NCBI RefSeq assembly: GCF_000143415.4
Contig: NW_003314306.1
Coordinates: 931,751 to 995,750, forward strand
Source of the DNA: Selaginella moellendorffii
Taxonomy: Eukaryota > Plantae > Lycopodiophyta
Direction of reading: 5' to 3'
DNA length: 64,000 nucleotides
Made by a program: the position numbers and the translations under genes. The notes beneath the pieces are model-generated. The model was not told the origin of the DNA. It was given only the letters and a program-made list of their open reading frames with translations, and did not search any database. Shown piece after piece: positions 22,973 through 34,379 of the stretch (its first letter is position 1; each line of letters begins with the position of its first letter).

Positions 22973-25900
22973 GGCCTCCAGCTAAAGCTCTTTCAAAGTC
23001 TCCACCAAAACGACAGTAAAGCTAGTCCCACCCTCGAATCGACTTGTAGCAGCACAGCTTTTCTCCTTCCCGGCCCTCCACCAAAGCAAAAGCTCGATTT
23101 CTACGCACCCGTCCTTCCTGTTCACGCCGTAAGCTCCAAGCTTTCCTGGATCCCTTCCCCGCGGCTAGTTTGTCCCCGAGCTACTGTCCTACCACTGTTC
23201 TTCCCCTTTGCTCCAAATCCAAAGCTCCCCCCTGGATGTGTCCTAGCGCTCTAGCTGCAAACACGCACACACCGGGATGAAACGAATCATCGAGAAAGGT
23301 GGCACCGATAAAAACCAGCCAGCCAACCAGCCACCCCCGTCAATCAATCAATCAATCCGGCCCCCACGGAGCTCCGGAAAAAGTCAACTTACAAGAACCA
23401 CCGCCGCCTCCTCTTCGTCTTCTTCCTTGCAGCTCCAGCTCCACAAGATGGACCGCGCAAAAAAAATCCCCCTCTTCTTCTCGCTCTCCTAGTCAAACAC
23501 AAGCACCTCTATTCCTCTTTCTCCTCCAACCAAGAACACGAAGAAAAAAAAAAACCTCTCCCCCAGATAGACGCAGAGAAAGAAAGCCCAAGCGCAGGCA
23601 GCAAGAAAGAAGAGAGACTTACCCGTGTAGCGTTTTGGAGCATTCCCTGGGATTCAATGGAGGCGGCCGAGCAAATGGGTCGGCGCTAAACCTTGCGAGG
23701 CGCGGCGGCGAGCACAGCCCAGTTCCCCAATCGCTGGAATCGGCGAGAGCGGCGGCCCCAAAAGCCTCCAAATCTTTGCTTGCCACCTTTTGCTAAACGA
23801 AGCGAGGGGACTAGCGCACCACCCTCGACGCCATGGATGGTGGTGGTGGTGGACGCTTAAACTCACGCACACGCACACGGGGGCACACCACTTAATAGAA
23901 AGAAAGAGAAAGAAAGAAGAAACCCAACCCAACTCTCTCCTCTCTCTTTGAGTTGATAGCCTAACTCTCTAAGTAAGAGTGAGATGCACGACTTTCAACT
24001 CTAACACGAAAAAAAAAAGGGCAAACAATGGGAGAGAGAGAGCCCAAAAGGTAAGCAAAAAAAAAAAGATTGAGAAAAAAAACGGCAAAAAGAAGAACAA
24101 TGAGGGTTAAAATGTACAAAACCGACTTGGGTGGTGGAAATTATTTCCCCCCAGCGGTCCAATCCATGGTGGCTTAAGGTGAGATTAAAGGCTAATCACA
24201 ATTAGCCGCGGGCCAACGACTGCTGTGTGCCACCGCCACCCTTCGGGAAAACAAATAGGATTTGTGCTAACCGAGGTGGGGTTTATTAGCATTAGCGGGT
24301 GATTAGCGCCGCAGGCGTCAGATTTCTCGGCAGCAACGGTGAGGATTGGAGGGCGCCGGCGCTTTACAGGTATACGTGTACGCTGCATGGACCAGGAAGC
24401 AAAAAGCAAAAAATAATGCTTGCCTCTCTTTTATATGTTTCAAGCCTCGTTGTGTTTTTTTAGGGGCCACCACCTTTGGGTTTGTAATGAGGGAAAATTT
24501 TGACAAGGACGTGGAGTTTGTGGGTCGGCCTGCCGCCGCTGCCTCGTCTAGCAATAAAGTGGAGAAAGGTGGTGCAATCGCCACCGTTACTTTTAGCGCT
24601 TACCTGTCCCGTATGCTGGATTTTGATTTTGGTCAATGATTAAGTACTTTAAGATATTTAACCATATTTATGTACTAAATTGTTTCTGAAGAAATTTCAA
24701 ATGACACTAATCATCAAGTAGATTTAAAAGTAAATTCTACAGCCAAAACAAATATGCCAAAAATTAAATATGAAGAATTAGACAAATGGTTTTCCAAGTT
24801 AATTTTATCTCATCACATATATGTGATAACTTAAGCAGAATTCGATTTCACAAACTAAGAACTCTTAAAAACAATAACTTAAATTAATATAATAACTTAG
24901 AGAAAATTAAAACTCTTTTGCTGTAAGAAAAATATATAAGTCTAAGAAAAAGAAGCTAATAGTTAGTATATCAACACCTTAGGAAGTTCCAAAGAAAAGG
25001 TATAATATAAAATGGTCTAAAGATTTAATTTGATTCAAATTTACATTTTTATTTTATAATCACTCTTTAGCATCTTTATAATACCTCAAGATATGAGGGA
25101 ACACTCTTTAGTATTCCTTCTTTGATCCCCATTAAGTCCCTTTCTATTCACAACAATGTTTGTCAAATCTATTGATATAGGGCTCAAAAACCTATCTAAT
25201 AAATCCCATTAATTTTTCAAACGGTAGCTAAAGCAAAGTTCTAATAAGCCATGCAAAGTATCCAATAATGCCACCCACATTTAGATTAAGAGCATTGACT
25301 ATTCAATATTTTAGAGGAGTTAAAGCTAACTATTAAACATTTCACAAAATCATTTAACTTGTTCATTAATGTTCACTCTAACCTTGGATTCCTTAATGTT
25401 TACATCATTAGCCACTATATAGAAATAACATTTTCTAGTTATATTAATTCTTTGGAATGCTCCCCCTATTATCCTATAGGGATTTACTAAACCCCTTAAA
25501 GTTTGGGAGAAGATTGTTTTGGGCTTTCAACCCACTTTATGATATGTTTATCTCTAAATATATCAAACCTTGGACTTGGTCTTATATATGGTCTCAGACT
25601 TGGTTTTAAATCCAATCTTGGATTTGGTCATAGACTTGATTCTAGATTTAATTTTGGACTCAATCCCAAACTTAATTTTGAACTCGATCTTAGAGTTGCT
25701 TTAGACTTAGTCTCAAATTTGATCTTAAACTTTATTTCAACACTTCCATGTATTACGACACTTGCCACATATTAGTTATTCTTTTGTCCCTTTTTAAAAA
25801 CTCACTTATCAATTGTTTTGTGCACTTATTTCGAAGTTCCACTCCCACTCTCAACTTTTCAGGTTAGAGCTTTTAGTCTAAATATATTATGATTATTGAC

Positions 25901-26999
25901 CTTTTGCCTTAGCCATTGCCATATTGCTCACCTTTGACTCTACTTTAGGATTTAGGGATTTGTGTTTTATAAGTGTTTCATGACTAATCTAGCTTGATAT
26001 CCAAGTAGTTTTTCCCCTTCCTAAGCCTCTAGTACTATATCATGATTGTTACCCTCTTCTTTATAGCCATGCCATACATGAGTCATATATCAAAAAATAT
26101 TTTAGAGCTAAAAACATGTAAGCATAATATTAAAACTAAAATTCTCACTCTATCTAATTTTGCATTTTCAAATAGAGATAGAGAGAAACTAGTGCCATAA
26201 GGTTGAGGTGTTTACCACATAAGAATGAAACATAAAACTTATGAAATTTTAAACAAAAGCATTTCTCACCCAAGTCCCCAAGTCTTTAATTCAGCCCCCA
26301 AATTATATCCATATGATAAATGCAAAATTATGAGATAATTTTTTGGGTAGATTTTATGACATTTTAGATTTAAGTATCATTTAAGGGTTCACCACTATTT
26401 TCAATCGTAAATCTAGTCCTTTGGAGGAAAAGGAACTCATCCCATTACTCTATTTTATCTATATTCCTGAGTTTAGAAAAGAGCTTAATAAAACTATATA
26501 AGTAAATGATTTGTTTAGTTCAACTATCTATTAAGTTACATTTCATTATAGGGTCAAAATATCTCAAAAGTGGCTAAGAAAAGTAAAGAAGTTAGAAATA
26601 TATATATATTTAAACATTTTTTTCCTTATATTTCTTAGATTTTATCACAAGATTTATCATTCAATCAATTACAAAGCTCAACTAACACAATATACATATA
26701 TAAAGTACATTGCATGCCACTTTTTTGTATGGTAAAAAAAATAATTATAAAACCGTTAAAATTATTTGTGGGAGTACCAAATTGTTTGACTTGGACCAAT
26801 GTTGTAAATTAGTATTAAATTTTTTTTAACAAGTCCAAAATCATAAAAAAATTTGAAGTGATTGTTGTTGCAAAAGAAACATATGAGAAACAAAAAAATT
26901 AAAAGTAACAAAAAGGGCTACAAGGAAAAAGGATAAAAAATTAACAATAAATAAAAAATAAAGAAGCAATAACTGCCAAGAAAAAAGAGAGGGAAGAAG

Positions 27000-27386
27000 T
27001 GTCAGGAATCCCCCAATTCTTGCCACATTCCTGACTCTCGCCGGATTCCTGACCTGCAGACCACATTCCTGACTCTCGAGACACTTCTCTATTCCTGACT
27101 CTCGAGACACTTCCCTATTCCTGACTCTCGAGACACTTCCCGATTCCTGAGTCTCGAGCCACATTCCTGATGATGATGTGGCGCCTCCTCGACCTCAGCT
27201 GTATTTAGGCTGTCCTCGATCCAAGAGTGGTGGAGCTTCATCAACCTATAGTATATATAGGTTAGCCTTGTTCCATTTCTCCACAATCTGAATCAACACC
27301 AGTCTAAGGCCTCTTCTTTGTTTTCACTAGCTTTTTCTCTTTGTCTTTAGCATTTTCCAGTCTTGATCTTGTTGGGGGTCTTGACA
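27000..27386 (+). repeat. 5' LTR (387 bp) with ~26-bp U3 subrepeats (attcctgactctcgagacacttc) and TATA box at ~27252
   Basis: TGTCAGGA...TCTTGACA termini; only two C/T differences from the 3' LTR seen by eye. Confidence 0.95.
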
Positions 27387-27483
27387 GTTTGATTCAAATT
27401 GTGTTTTTTGCTTTTCTTTTAGCTTGTTTTGATTATTTGATTGCCTTTGTCTTTTCCCCCCTTTCTTTTCTTTCTTCTTGCCA

Positions 27484-28455
27484 ATGGAGTCTCCAAGCCA
27501 TCCTGATTTCTTTGCCGAAGTCCTTGCAAAAATCCAGTCTGAGAATACCGAGCTGAAGGCGACCCTTCTTCGCATGCAGCAGGAGCTTGCTTCACTTTCG
27601 GCTCAAGGATCCAGCAAAGTTCCTGAACCGAAGGTGAGTTTCCCGGCGAAATTTTCAGGCAAGCGTTCGGAGCTTCGTGGATTTTTGAATCAAATGGAGC
27701 TGATCTTTGCACTTCAACATCAGCGGTACCCCACTCCCGAGTCTCAAATCAGCGCGATTGGGACGTTGCTCGAGGGTGCAGCTTTGTCATGGTTTTCTCC
27801 TCTTCTGGAGAAGAGCATGAAAGGGGTCGTGGTTCCGGAGCTGATGGATCTTCAATTGTTCAAAGAGAAGCTCGAAGCATGTTTTGGCGAGACGGATCGG
27901 GTTCGGGCTGCTACCACAAAGATGAGACGTCTCTCTCAGGGGTCTCGTCCTGCCTCGATCTACGCTGCAGAGTTCCAACTCCTTGCCTTGGACACTCAGT
28001 GGGATGAGCAGGCCCTGATTGACCAATTTTGTTTCGGCCTCAACAACGGTGTCAAGGATTTGTTGCTCACCATGGAGGATCCCAAGGACCTGTCGGACGC
28101 CATCAACAAAGCTGTTCGATGTGACAATCGTCTCTTTGAACGTCGTCAGAAAAGTCGCCGCGCCGCTGTTTTTCCGTCCCAGACTCAGGAATCCCAGCTT
28201 GAGTCTTCGGGGCATAGTCCTGAACCTACTGCTCCGGTCCCGATGGATATTTCTGGTACTCCCCGACTCATTAGAGGGAAGTTGAGTCCTGCTGAGAGGC
28301 AACGTCGAATATCTCATAATCTTTGCCTCTACTGTGCTGATCCTAATCACAAAGCAGCTGTGTGTCCCAGGAAGCCTCCCCGATTGCTCGAGTTCACTCT
28401 GCCTCAAAGTCCACCACTGTTGCAGTCGGGAAACGACCCTGTCCAAACAGAGTAG
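27484..28455 (+). CDS. gag: Retrotransposon Gag (capsid + CCHC zinc knuckle)
   Basis: PAKFSGKRSELRGF, LLEGAALSW, LSQGSRPASIYAAEF, FCFGL, CLYCADPNHKAAVC. Confidence 0.95.
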   Translation: MESPSHPDFFAEVLAKIQSENTELKATLLRMQQELASLSAQGSSKVPEPKVSFPAKFSGKRSELRGFLNQMELIFALQHQRYPTPESQISAIGTLLEGAALSWFSPLLEKSMKGVVVPELMDLQLFKEKLEACFGETDRVRAATTKMRRLSQGSRPASIYAAEFQLLALDTQWDEQALIDQFCFGLNNGVKDLLLTMEDPKDLSDAINKAVRCDNRLFERRQKSRRAAVFPSQTQESQLESSGHSPEPTAPVPMDISGTPRLIRGKLSPAERQRRISHNLCLYCADPNHKAAVCPRKPPRLLEFTLPQSPPLLQSGNDPVQTE

Positions 28456-31400
28456 GAGCTGTCTGTTTGGACTCCCCAAATAAAAATCACTTTTCTTCCT
28501 TATCAAGCTCCTCACCACCTTTCATCAAAGCCACCACCAATTCCCGCAACTTCCGCGTCCCATGTCTCCTTTCTTTCACCGGACAATCAGGACTCAAGGC
28601 TTTGGCGCTACTGGACTCGGGTGCAACTTCCTGCTTCATGGACACGGACTTTGCTGCCCGACATCACGTTCCTCTTTCTCCTACCATACGGGATCTGAGG
28701 GTTGAAGGCATCAGCGGGCATTTTGTGTCTCCATCTTCTGGACTTAGGGAAACGTTGCCCGTTCGAGTACACATCGGGTCCACCGTCACCGATATCGCCT
28801 TCAACATCATCAACAGCAAGTCTTCCTCTGTGGTGCTCGGTCTTCCTTGGTTCCAACTACATCAGCCTCAGATTTGTTGGAAGGACTTACAGCTCATCTC
28901 TCCCACATCACCATCTCCCACGGCTTCCCCTGGTGTTCATCGAGTCCGAATCAGGAAAAGTTCCCTAAACTCAAGTCGGGGTTCTGTTCCTGACTCTACG
29001 CAGTTTTCATCCTCTTCTTTTTTCTCTCTTCCATCTTACACTGGACAGTATCCTCGTCTCATCATTCCATTTAGTCGTACTCCTCCTCCTATCTCCACAA
29101 TCACTATGAAAGAACTCCTTCATGAAGAACCTCTTTTTCTTTTTGCTTTGCATGTTTCTCCTGTCAGTCTTCCTGAGAAGTATCATGATTTTGGGGATGT
29201 GTTTGACAAGAAAAAAGCTAGTGTACTGCCTGTTCATCGGCCTTATGATTGTCCCATTGATTTACAGAAAGGAGCGTCACCTCCGTGGGGGCCTATCTAT
29301 GGGTTATCCCCGTCCGAGCTTAAGGCCCTCAAAGAGTACGTGGATGAGAACCTTGCCTCGGGCTACATTCAGCATTCGCAGTCCCCGGCTGGAGCGCCTG
29401 TCTTCTTTGTCAAGAAGAAGGATGGGAGCTTGCGGCTAGTCATCGACTACCGAGGTTTGAACAAGGTGACTGTTCGGAACCGTTATCCGCTGCCCCTGAT
29501 CTCGGACCTGTTGGAACGCCTCGGCGGTGCCCGCTTCTTCACCAAGATCGACCTCCGTGGAGCATACAACCTGATCCGGATCCGGCCTGGTGATGAATGG
29601 AAGACTGCGTTCCGAACCCGCTATGGCCACTTCGAGTACACTGTCATGCCATTTGGCTTGACAAATGCTCCAGCGGTTTTCCAACACATGGCGAACGACG
29701 TTTTTCGGGAGTTTCTTGATCAGATGGTGATCGTCTACCTCGATGACATCCTCATCTACTCAAAAACTCAGGAGGAGCATGACGAACATGTTCGCAAGGT
29801 GCTAGCGAAGCTGCGAGAACACGACCTATACGCGAAGCTTGAGAAATGTTCCTTTGATCAGCAGTCTGTGGAGTTCCTTGGGTACATTGTCACTCCTGAG
29901 GGTATCACGATGGATCCTGCAAAAGTCAAGACTATTCTCGAATGGGAGCCTCCACAATCAATGTCAGACGTTCAGGTTTTCCTTGGCTTCGCCAACTTCT
30001 ACTGCAAATTCATTGATCACTACTCTGACATTGTCCTTCCTCTCACACATCTCACTCGCAAGGATGTTCCCTTCTCTTGGTCTGCTGCTGCCCAGCAGGC
30101 TTTCGACACACTCAAGGCGGCCTTCAGTTCTGCTCCTGTCTTGATCCATGCTGATTCCTCACAACCTTTCTTCATCGAGGCTAACGCCTCCGACTTTGCC
30201 ATTGGTGCTGTGCTATCTCAACTCGGAGCGGATCACGAACTTCATCCGGTCGCTTTCCATTCTCGGAAATTCCAGCCTGCGGAGATCAATTACGAAATCC
30301 ACAACAAGGAGCTTCTTGCCATCGTGGATTCCTTTGGAGAGTGGCGCCGTTTCTTGGAGGGGGCGAGCAATCAAACAACAGTCTGGACGGATCACAAAAA
30401 TCTCGAGTACTTTACCACTTCCCGAGTTTTAAGCCGTCGTCAAGCAAGGTGGGCACAATTCCTGAGTCGGTTTGACTTTGTTATCAAGTACAGACCTAGA
30501 AAGTTTCAAGGCCTTCCTGATGCTCTTTCAAGGCGCTCCTATCTCAGTCTCAGGCCTGGTAATCCTGCCTTCGATCAACATCAAGTTATCCTCGGTCCTG
30601 ATCGGCTTCAAGTTATGGCAATTTCCCTGGCCCCTCAGGACTCCTCCTTGATGGATGCAATCAGAAACGATCTTCAATCCGATGATCTCGCTAGCGACAT
30701 TTTTCCCCATCTTCAGGCTGGACACCCAGTGACTCCCGACTGCCGGCGATTTGACGAGTTCGAGTTCTTAGATGGCTTATTGTACCGTGGGGAGCAGCTT
30801 TACGTTCCTGAAGGTGATGCTCGAAGGTTGATCCTGATGGCGTGCCACGATAGCCCGACTGCTGGTCACTTCGGCATTGCGAAAACCTATGAGCTAGTTG
30901 CACGGGACTTTTGGTGGCCTCACATGGACGACTACATCAAAGCTTTTGTTACCTCCTGTGACACTTGTGCCCGGAATAAGGTACCTCGCCACCTTCCTTC
31001 AGGTTTGCTTCGTTCCCTTCCGGTCCCTTCAGGTCCTTGGGAATCCATCTCCATGGATTTCTTGAGTGATCTTCCGAGTTCTGGAGGCTTCAACAGCATT
31101 TTAGTCGTGGTGGATCGCTTCACAAAGATGGCGCACTTCTTGCCATGTACCAAGGAGTTTTCGGGCGAGGACATGGCAAAACTGGTATTCAGGGAAATTT
31201 TCCGACTTCATGGGATTCCTACAGATGTGGTTTCGGATCGGGGGCCTCAGTTCATCTCTCATTTCTGGCAACGGTTTTTGCAGTTGCTTGGAGTGAAGGC
31301 CAACCTCTCTTCGGCATATCATCCTCAAACTGATGGGCAGTCCGAGCGAACGATTCAGACATTGGAACAATTCTTGAGGTGCTTCATCAACTATCATCAG

Positions 31401-32198
31401 GATAACTGGTTCGATATCCTTCCCTTTGCTGAGTTCTCCTATAACAACTCTGTTCACTCCTCTCTTCGAGTTTCCCCCTTCTTTGCGAACTCTGGCCGAA
31501 ATCCCCGATTCAATCTCTCACTTCCTTCTCCATCTGAATCCTCTCGTTTAAATCCCCGCTCTGAATCATTTCTCTCCAACATTCAGGAAATCCACAACTC
31601 CATCTCCTTCCACCTCCATCGTGCTCAGGAATCTCATAAAACATTTGCCAATGTCCATCGTCAGGATTGTCCCCCTTACAATATCGGGGATAAAGTCTGG
31701 CTCCTCAGGCAAAATATCTCCACCACCAGGCCCTGTCCAAAACTCGATTTCAAACGCCTTGGTCCTTTCCCTATCACTGCCATCATTAATCCTGTCACTT
31801 ATCGCCTTGCACTTCCCTCCTCATATCAAATTCACCCCGTTTTTCACTGCTCTCTCCTTGAGCCTTATATTCCCAGTCCTATTCCAAATCGGGTCATTCC
31901 TCCGCCTCCACCAGTGCAGCTCGAGGATGGGTCTGAGTACGAGGTTCAGGACATCCTTGATTCCAAGATTTCACGATCTAAACTCTACTATCTGGTGGAC
32001 TGGAAGGGTTACGGACCTGAGGAACGCACTTGGGAACCTGCGGACAACCTGATTCATTCTCCTGACCTTGTTCAGGACTTCTACCGCCGCTATCCTTCTC
32101 GTCCCAGTCCTCATTCTTTTTCTCCATCTCCCATCCCTCGCCGCTCATCTCATCCTCCTCTTCGTTCTCGTTCACATCCTCGTTCCACTCGTTCTTGA
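28428..32198 (+). CDS. pol: Retrotransposon Pol (PR-RT-RH-IN-chromodomain) in the -1 frame relative to gag
   Basis: ALLDSGAT (protease), VYLDDILIY (RT), RNase H region, HHCC zinc finger + SDRGPQF..GQSER (integrase), GPF, YEVQDIL..YLVDWKGY..TWEP (chromodomain). Confidence 0.96.
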   Translation, partial: GKRPCPNRVGAVCLDSPNKNHFSSLSSSSPPFIKATTNSRNFRVPCLLSFTGQSGLKALALLDSGATSCFMDTDFAARHHVPLSPTIRDLRVEGISGHFVSPSSGLRETLPVRVHIGSTVTDIAFNIINSKSSSVVLGLPWFQLHQPQICWKDLQLISPTSPSPTASPGVHRVRIRKSSLNSSRGSVPDSTQFSSSSFFSLPSYTGQYPRLIIPFSRTPPPISTITMKELLHEEPLFLFALHVSPVSLPEKYHDFGDVFDKKKASVLPVHRPYDCPIDLQKGASPPWGPIYGLSPSELKALKEYVDENLASGYIQHSQSPAGAPVFFVKKKDGSLRLVIDYRGLNKVTVRNRYPLPLISDLLERLGGARFFTKIDLRGAYNLIRIRPGDEWKTAFRTRYGHFEYTVMPFGLTNAPAVFQHMANDVFREFLDQMVIVYLDDILIYSKTQEEHDEHVRKVLAKLREHDLYAKLEKCSFDQQSVEFLGYIVTPEGITMDPAKVKTILEWEPPQSMSDVQVFLGFANFYCKFIDHYSDIVLPLTHLTRKDVPFSWSAAAQQAFDTLKAAFSSAPVLIHADSSQPFFIEANASDFAIGAVLSQLGADHELHPVAFHSRKFQPAEINYEIHNKELLAIVDSFGEWRRFLEGASNQTTVWTDHKNLEYFTTSRVLSRRQARWAQFLSRFDFVIKYRPRKFQGLPDALSRRSYLSLRPGNPAFDQHQVILGPDRLQVMAISLAPQDSSLMDAIRNDLQSDDLASDIFPHLQAGHPVTPDCRRFDEFEFLDGLLYRGEQLYVPEGDARRLILMACHDSPTAGHFGIAKTYELVARDFWWPHMDDYIKAFVTSCDTCARNKVPRHLPSGLLRSLPVPSGPWESISMDFLSDLPSSGGFNSILVVVDRFTKMAHFLPCTKEFSGEDMAKLVFREIFRLHGIPTDVVSDRGPQFISHFWQRFLQLLGVKANLSSAYHPQTDGQSERTIQTLEQFLRCFINYHQDNWFDILPFAEFSYNNSVHSSLRVSPFFANSGRNPRFNLSLPSPSESSRLNPRSESFLSNIQEIHNSISFHLHRAQESHKTFANVHRQDCPPYNIGDKVWLLRQNISTTRPCPKLDFKRLGPFPITAIINPVTYRLALPSSYQIHPVFHCSLLEPYIPSPIPNRVIPPPPPVQLEDGSEYEVQDILDSKISRSKLYYLVDWKGYGPEERTWEPADNLIHSPDLVQDFYRRYPSRPSPHSFSPSPIPRRSSHPPLRSRSHPRSTRS

Positions 32199-32209
32199 GG
32201 AGGGGGTGC

Positions 32210-32596
32210 TGTCAGGAATCCCCCAATTCTTGCCACATTCCTGACTCTCGCCGGATTCCTGACCTGCAGACCACATTCCTGACTCTCGAGACACTTCTCT
32301 ATTCCTGACTCTCGAGACACTTCCCTATTCCTGACTCTCGAGACACTTCCCGATTTCTGAGTCTCGAGCCACATTCCTGATGATGATGTGGCGCCTCCTC
32401 GACCTCAGCTGTATTTAGGCTGTCCTCGATCCAAGAGTGGTGGAGCTTCATCAACCTATAGTATATATAGGTTAGCCTTGTTCCATTTCTCCACAATCTG
32501 AATCAACACCAGTCTAAGGCCTCTTCTTTGTTTTCACTAGCTTTTTCTCTTTGTCTTTAGCATTTTCCAGTCTTGATTTTGTTGGGGGTCTTGACA
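32210..32596 (+). repeat. 3' LTR (387 bp)
   Basis: Near-identical to 27000-27386; preceded by a polypurine tract and followed by the TSD. Confidence 0.95.
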
Positions 32597-34379
32597 AGAA
32601 GTAGTAATCGAAAAAGATGAAGAAATAAAGAAGGAAAAATTAGAAGTTTTGAAAACAAAAAGAGAAGAAAAAGGAAATAATAAAAAAAGTGAATTTATTG
32701 CATATTGTATGCAACATCACTTGATTTACTTAATAATAGTGTTTTTCTTGTTTAGTATTATTTATTAATATAATTGATCAATCAAAATTTTATAATTTAT
32801 AAATACAAGATTAATTTTTATTGCACACCATTATTTGGTAGAATAAACTAGAATATACTCGAAAAAGTTTAGAAAAGTTTAAAATTTATAAACATGTTTA
32901 TAAATATAAATATAATAAATGAATAACAATTTTTAAATAGTAGAATATCCCAGAATATCTAGATATATTTTTTATGTCTCCCTCTCTTGGATAGAAAAAT
33001 TTTAGATGTTAAAGGCTTTCTAGTGAGCAAAGTCTCCTTGCATTTTTTTCTTGCTAGGGTTTGCCCAACACCCAACACCTATAGCTTATTATGAAGAGTG
33101 GAGAAGGTTAGAGATGGCTCCTCTGTGCTAGATATGGCATTGGTATGTCCTCTTCTTGGCAAGAAAGAATAAGAATTCTCACTTAAGTTAAGAGTTTACT
33201 TTGTGTTTGTGGCTATTGTAGGGAGAGTGTTGGCACTGCTTTCATCAGCCTCAGGGTTTATAGTGAATTCTCATGTCACAAATTGGTGTTTACAAATCTT
33301 TTTTCTGCCATGTTCATTGAATGTAATATGTGTGATCCAGGTGAGAAAGAGAGACTAAGGCATTTCTTTTTTCTCATATCTATCCCAGAGCAAGTTACTA
33401 AGGCATTCAAGGAGCACAAAACAATGTTTGAGAGACTAGATGTATATGTTAACTAAGTAGGCATTGCTGAGCAAAGGGACTTCCTCAGCAATGCAAAATG
33501 GTGCAAGGTTTGAACCCATCAAATGCCCAAGCCAAATAGTAAGTCTCAACTCTCATAATTTCTTCATTCCACATTCAGGATCTCAAGAGAGCACACTCTA
33601 GCCATAAGAATCTGATGCAGGAGAGGAAGAACACCGTGCTAAACTTAATGCTTTATGACTTTATGAGAGAAATGACAAGCTGTTTGGAAGCAATTGAGGA
33701 GGATTGGGTGCTGGGAATTGTGAGTATTTGGAGTATTTACACTTATTTCTCTGCCGATGGTGAAGTTCCAGGAGAAGAATTGAGTTCTGAGTGAAGGCAT
33801 GGTGCTCATATCAAATTTCACTGCTACTGCATCCAAGAAAGAAAGTAAAGTGGTTCATAATGGGTTGGGTATGCGGGAGCTAGGATTGTGTGTATCTTGG
33901 AGCCAATGGCAATGTTGTTGCATGTTTCCTTGATAAATTTGGTTACTTATCTTTTTTAGTCTAACAAGAGACAAAGTTTTCATAGACATTAGTATCCAGT
34001 TTAACTCTAGTTCAAAAAGCAATTTGCTCTTTACTGTGTTAATAAATTATGTTTACTACTTTCTTTTGAAGTTTTCGCCTGGATCTTGAGACCACATTAA
34101 ATAACGTAAACCTTTATTTATCAGTATGTTTCTAATTACGCACTATTTCAAAAAAAGTGGTTTAACAGCTTATAAATAGCGATAAATATAACAAAACATA
34201 TGTACAAACATAAACTTATTTTGCACTCTCGGTAAAGAAAAAATCCAAATAAATAGGAATAAGAACCAACCTCCTGTTGGATTTTGGTTTGAAAGTTTGG
34301 CTGAAGTGTCGGCGGTGTCCACGATGCGAGAGAACGCGTTCAAGCCCTAGCCAGTGTTCCATGCGGGGGCCGATCGCCA

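Larger units (their letters stand above)
27000..32596 (+). mobile_element. Full-length Ty3/Gypsy LTR retrotransposon, chromovirus (Tcn1/Tf1-sushi-like)
   Basis: TG..CA LTRs at 27000-27386 and 32210-32596. 5-bp TSD AGAAG at 26995-26999 and 32597-32601. PPT gaggaggggg at 32197-32206. gag + pol with chromodomain. Confidence 0.97.

Noticed and set aside
26841-27286. Minus-strand ORFs with repeated SRVRNREV / ESGIEKCLESQE peptides (also 32150-32496)
   Set aside because: They are translations of the LTR U3 subrepeats.
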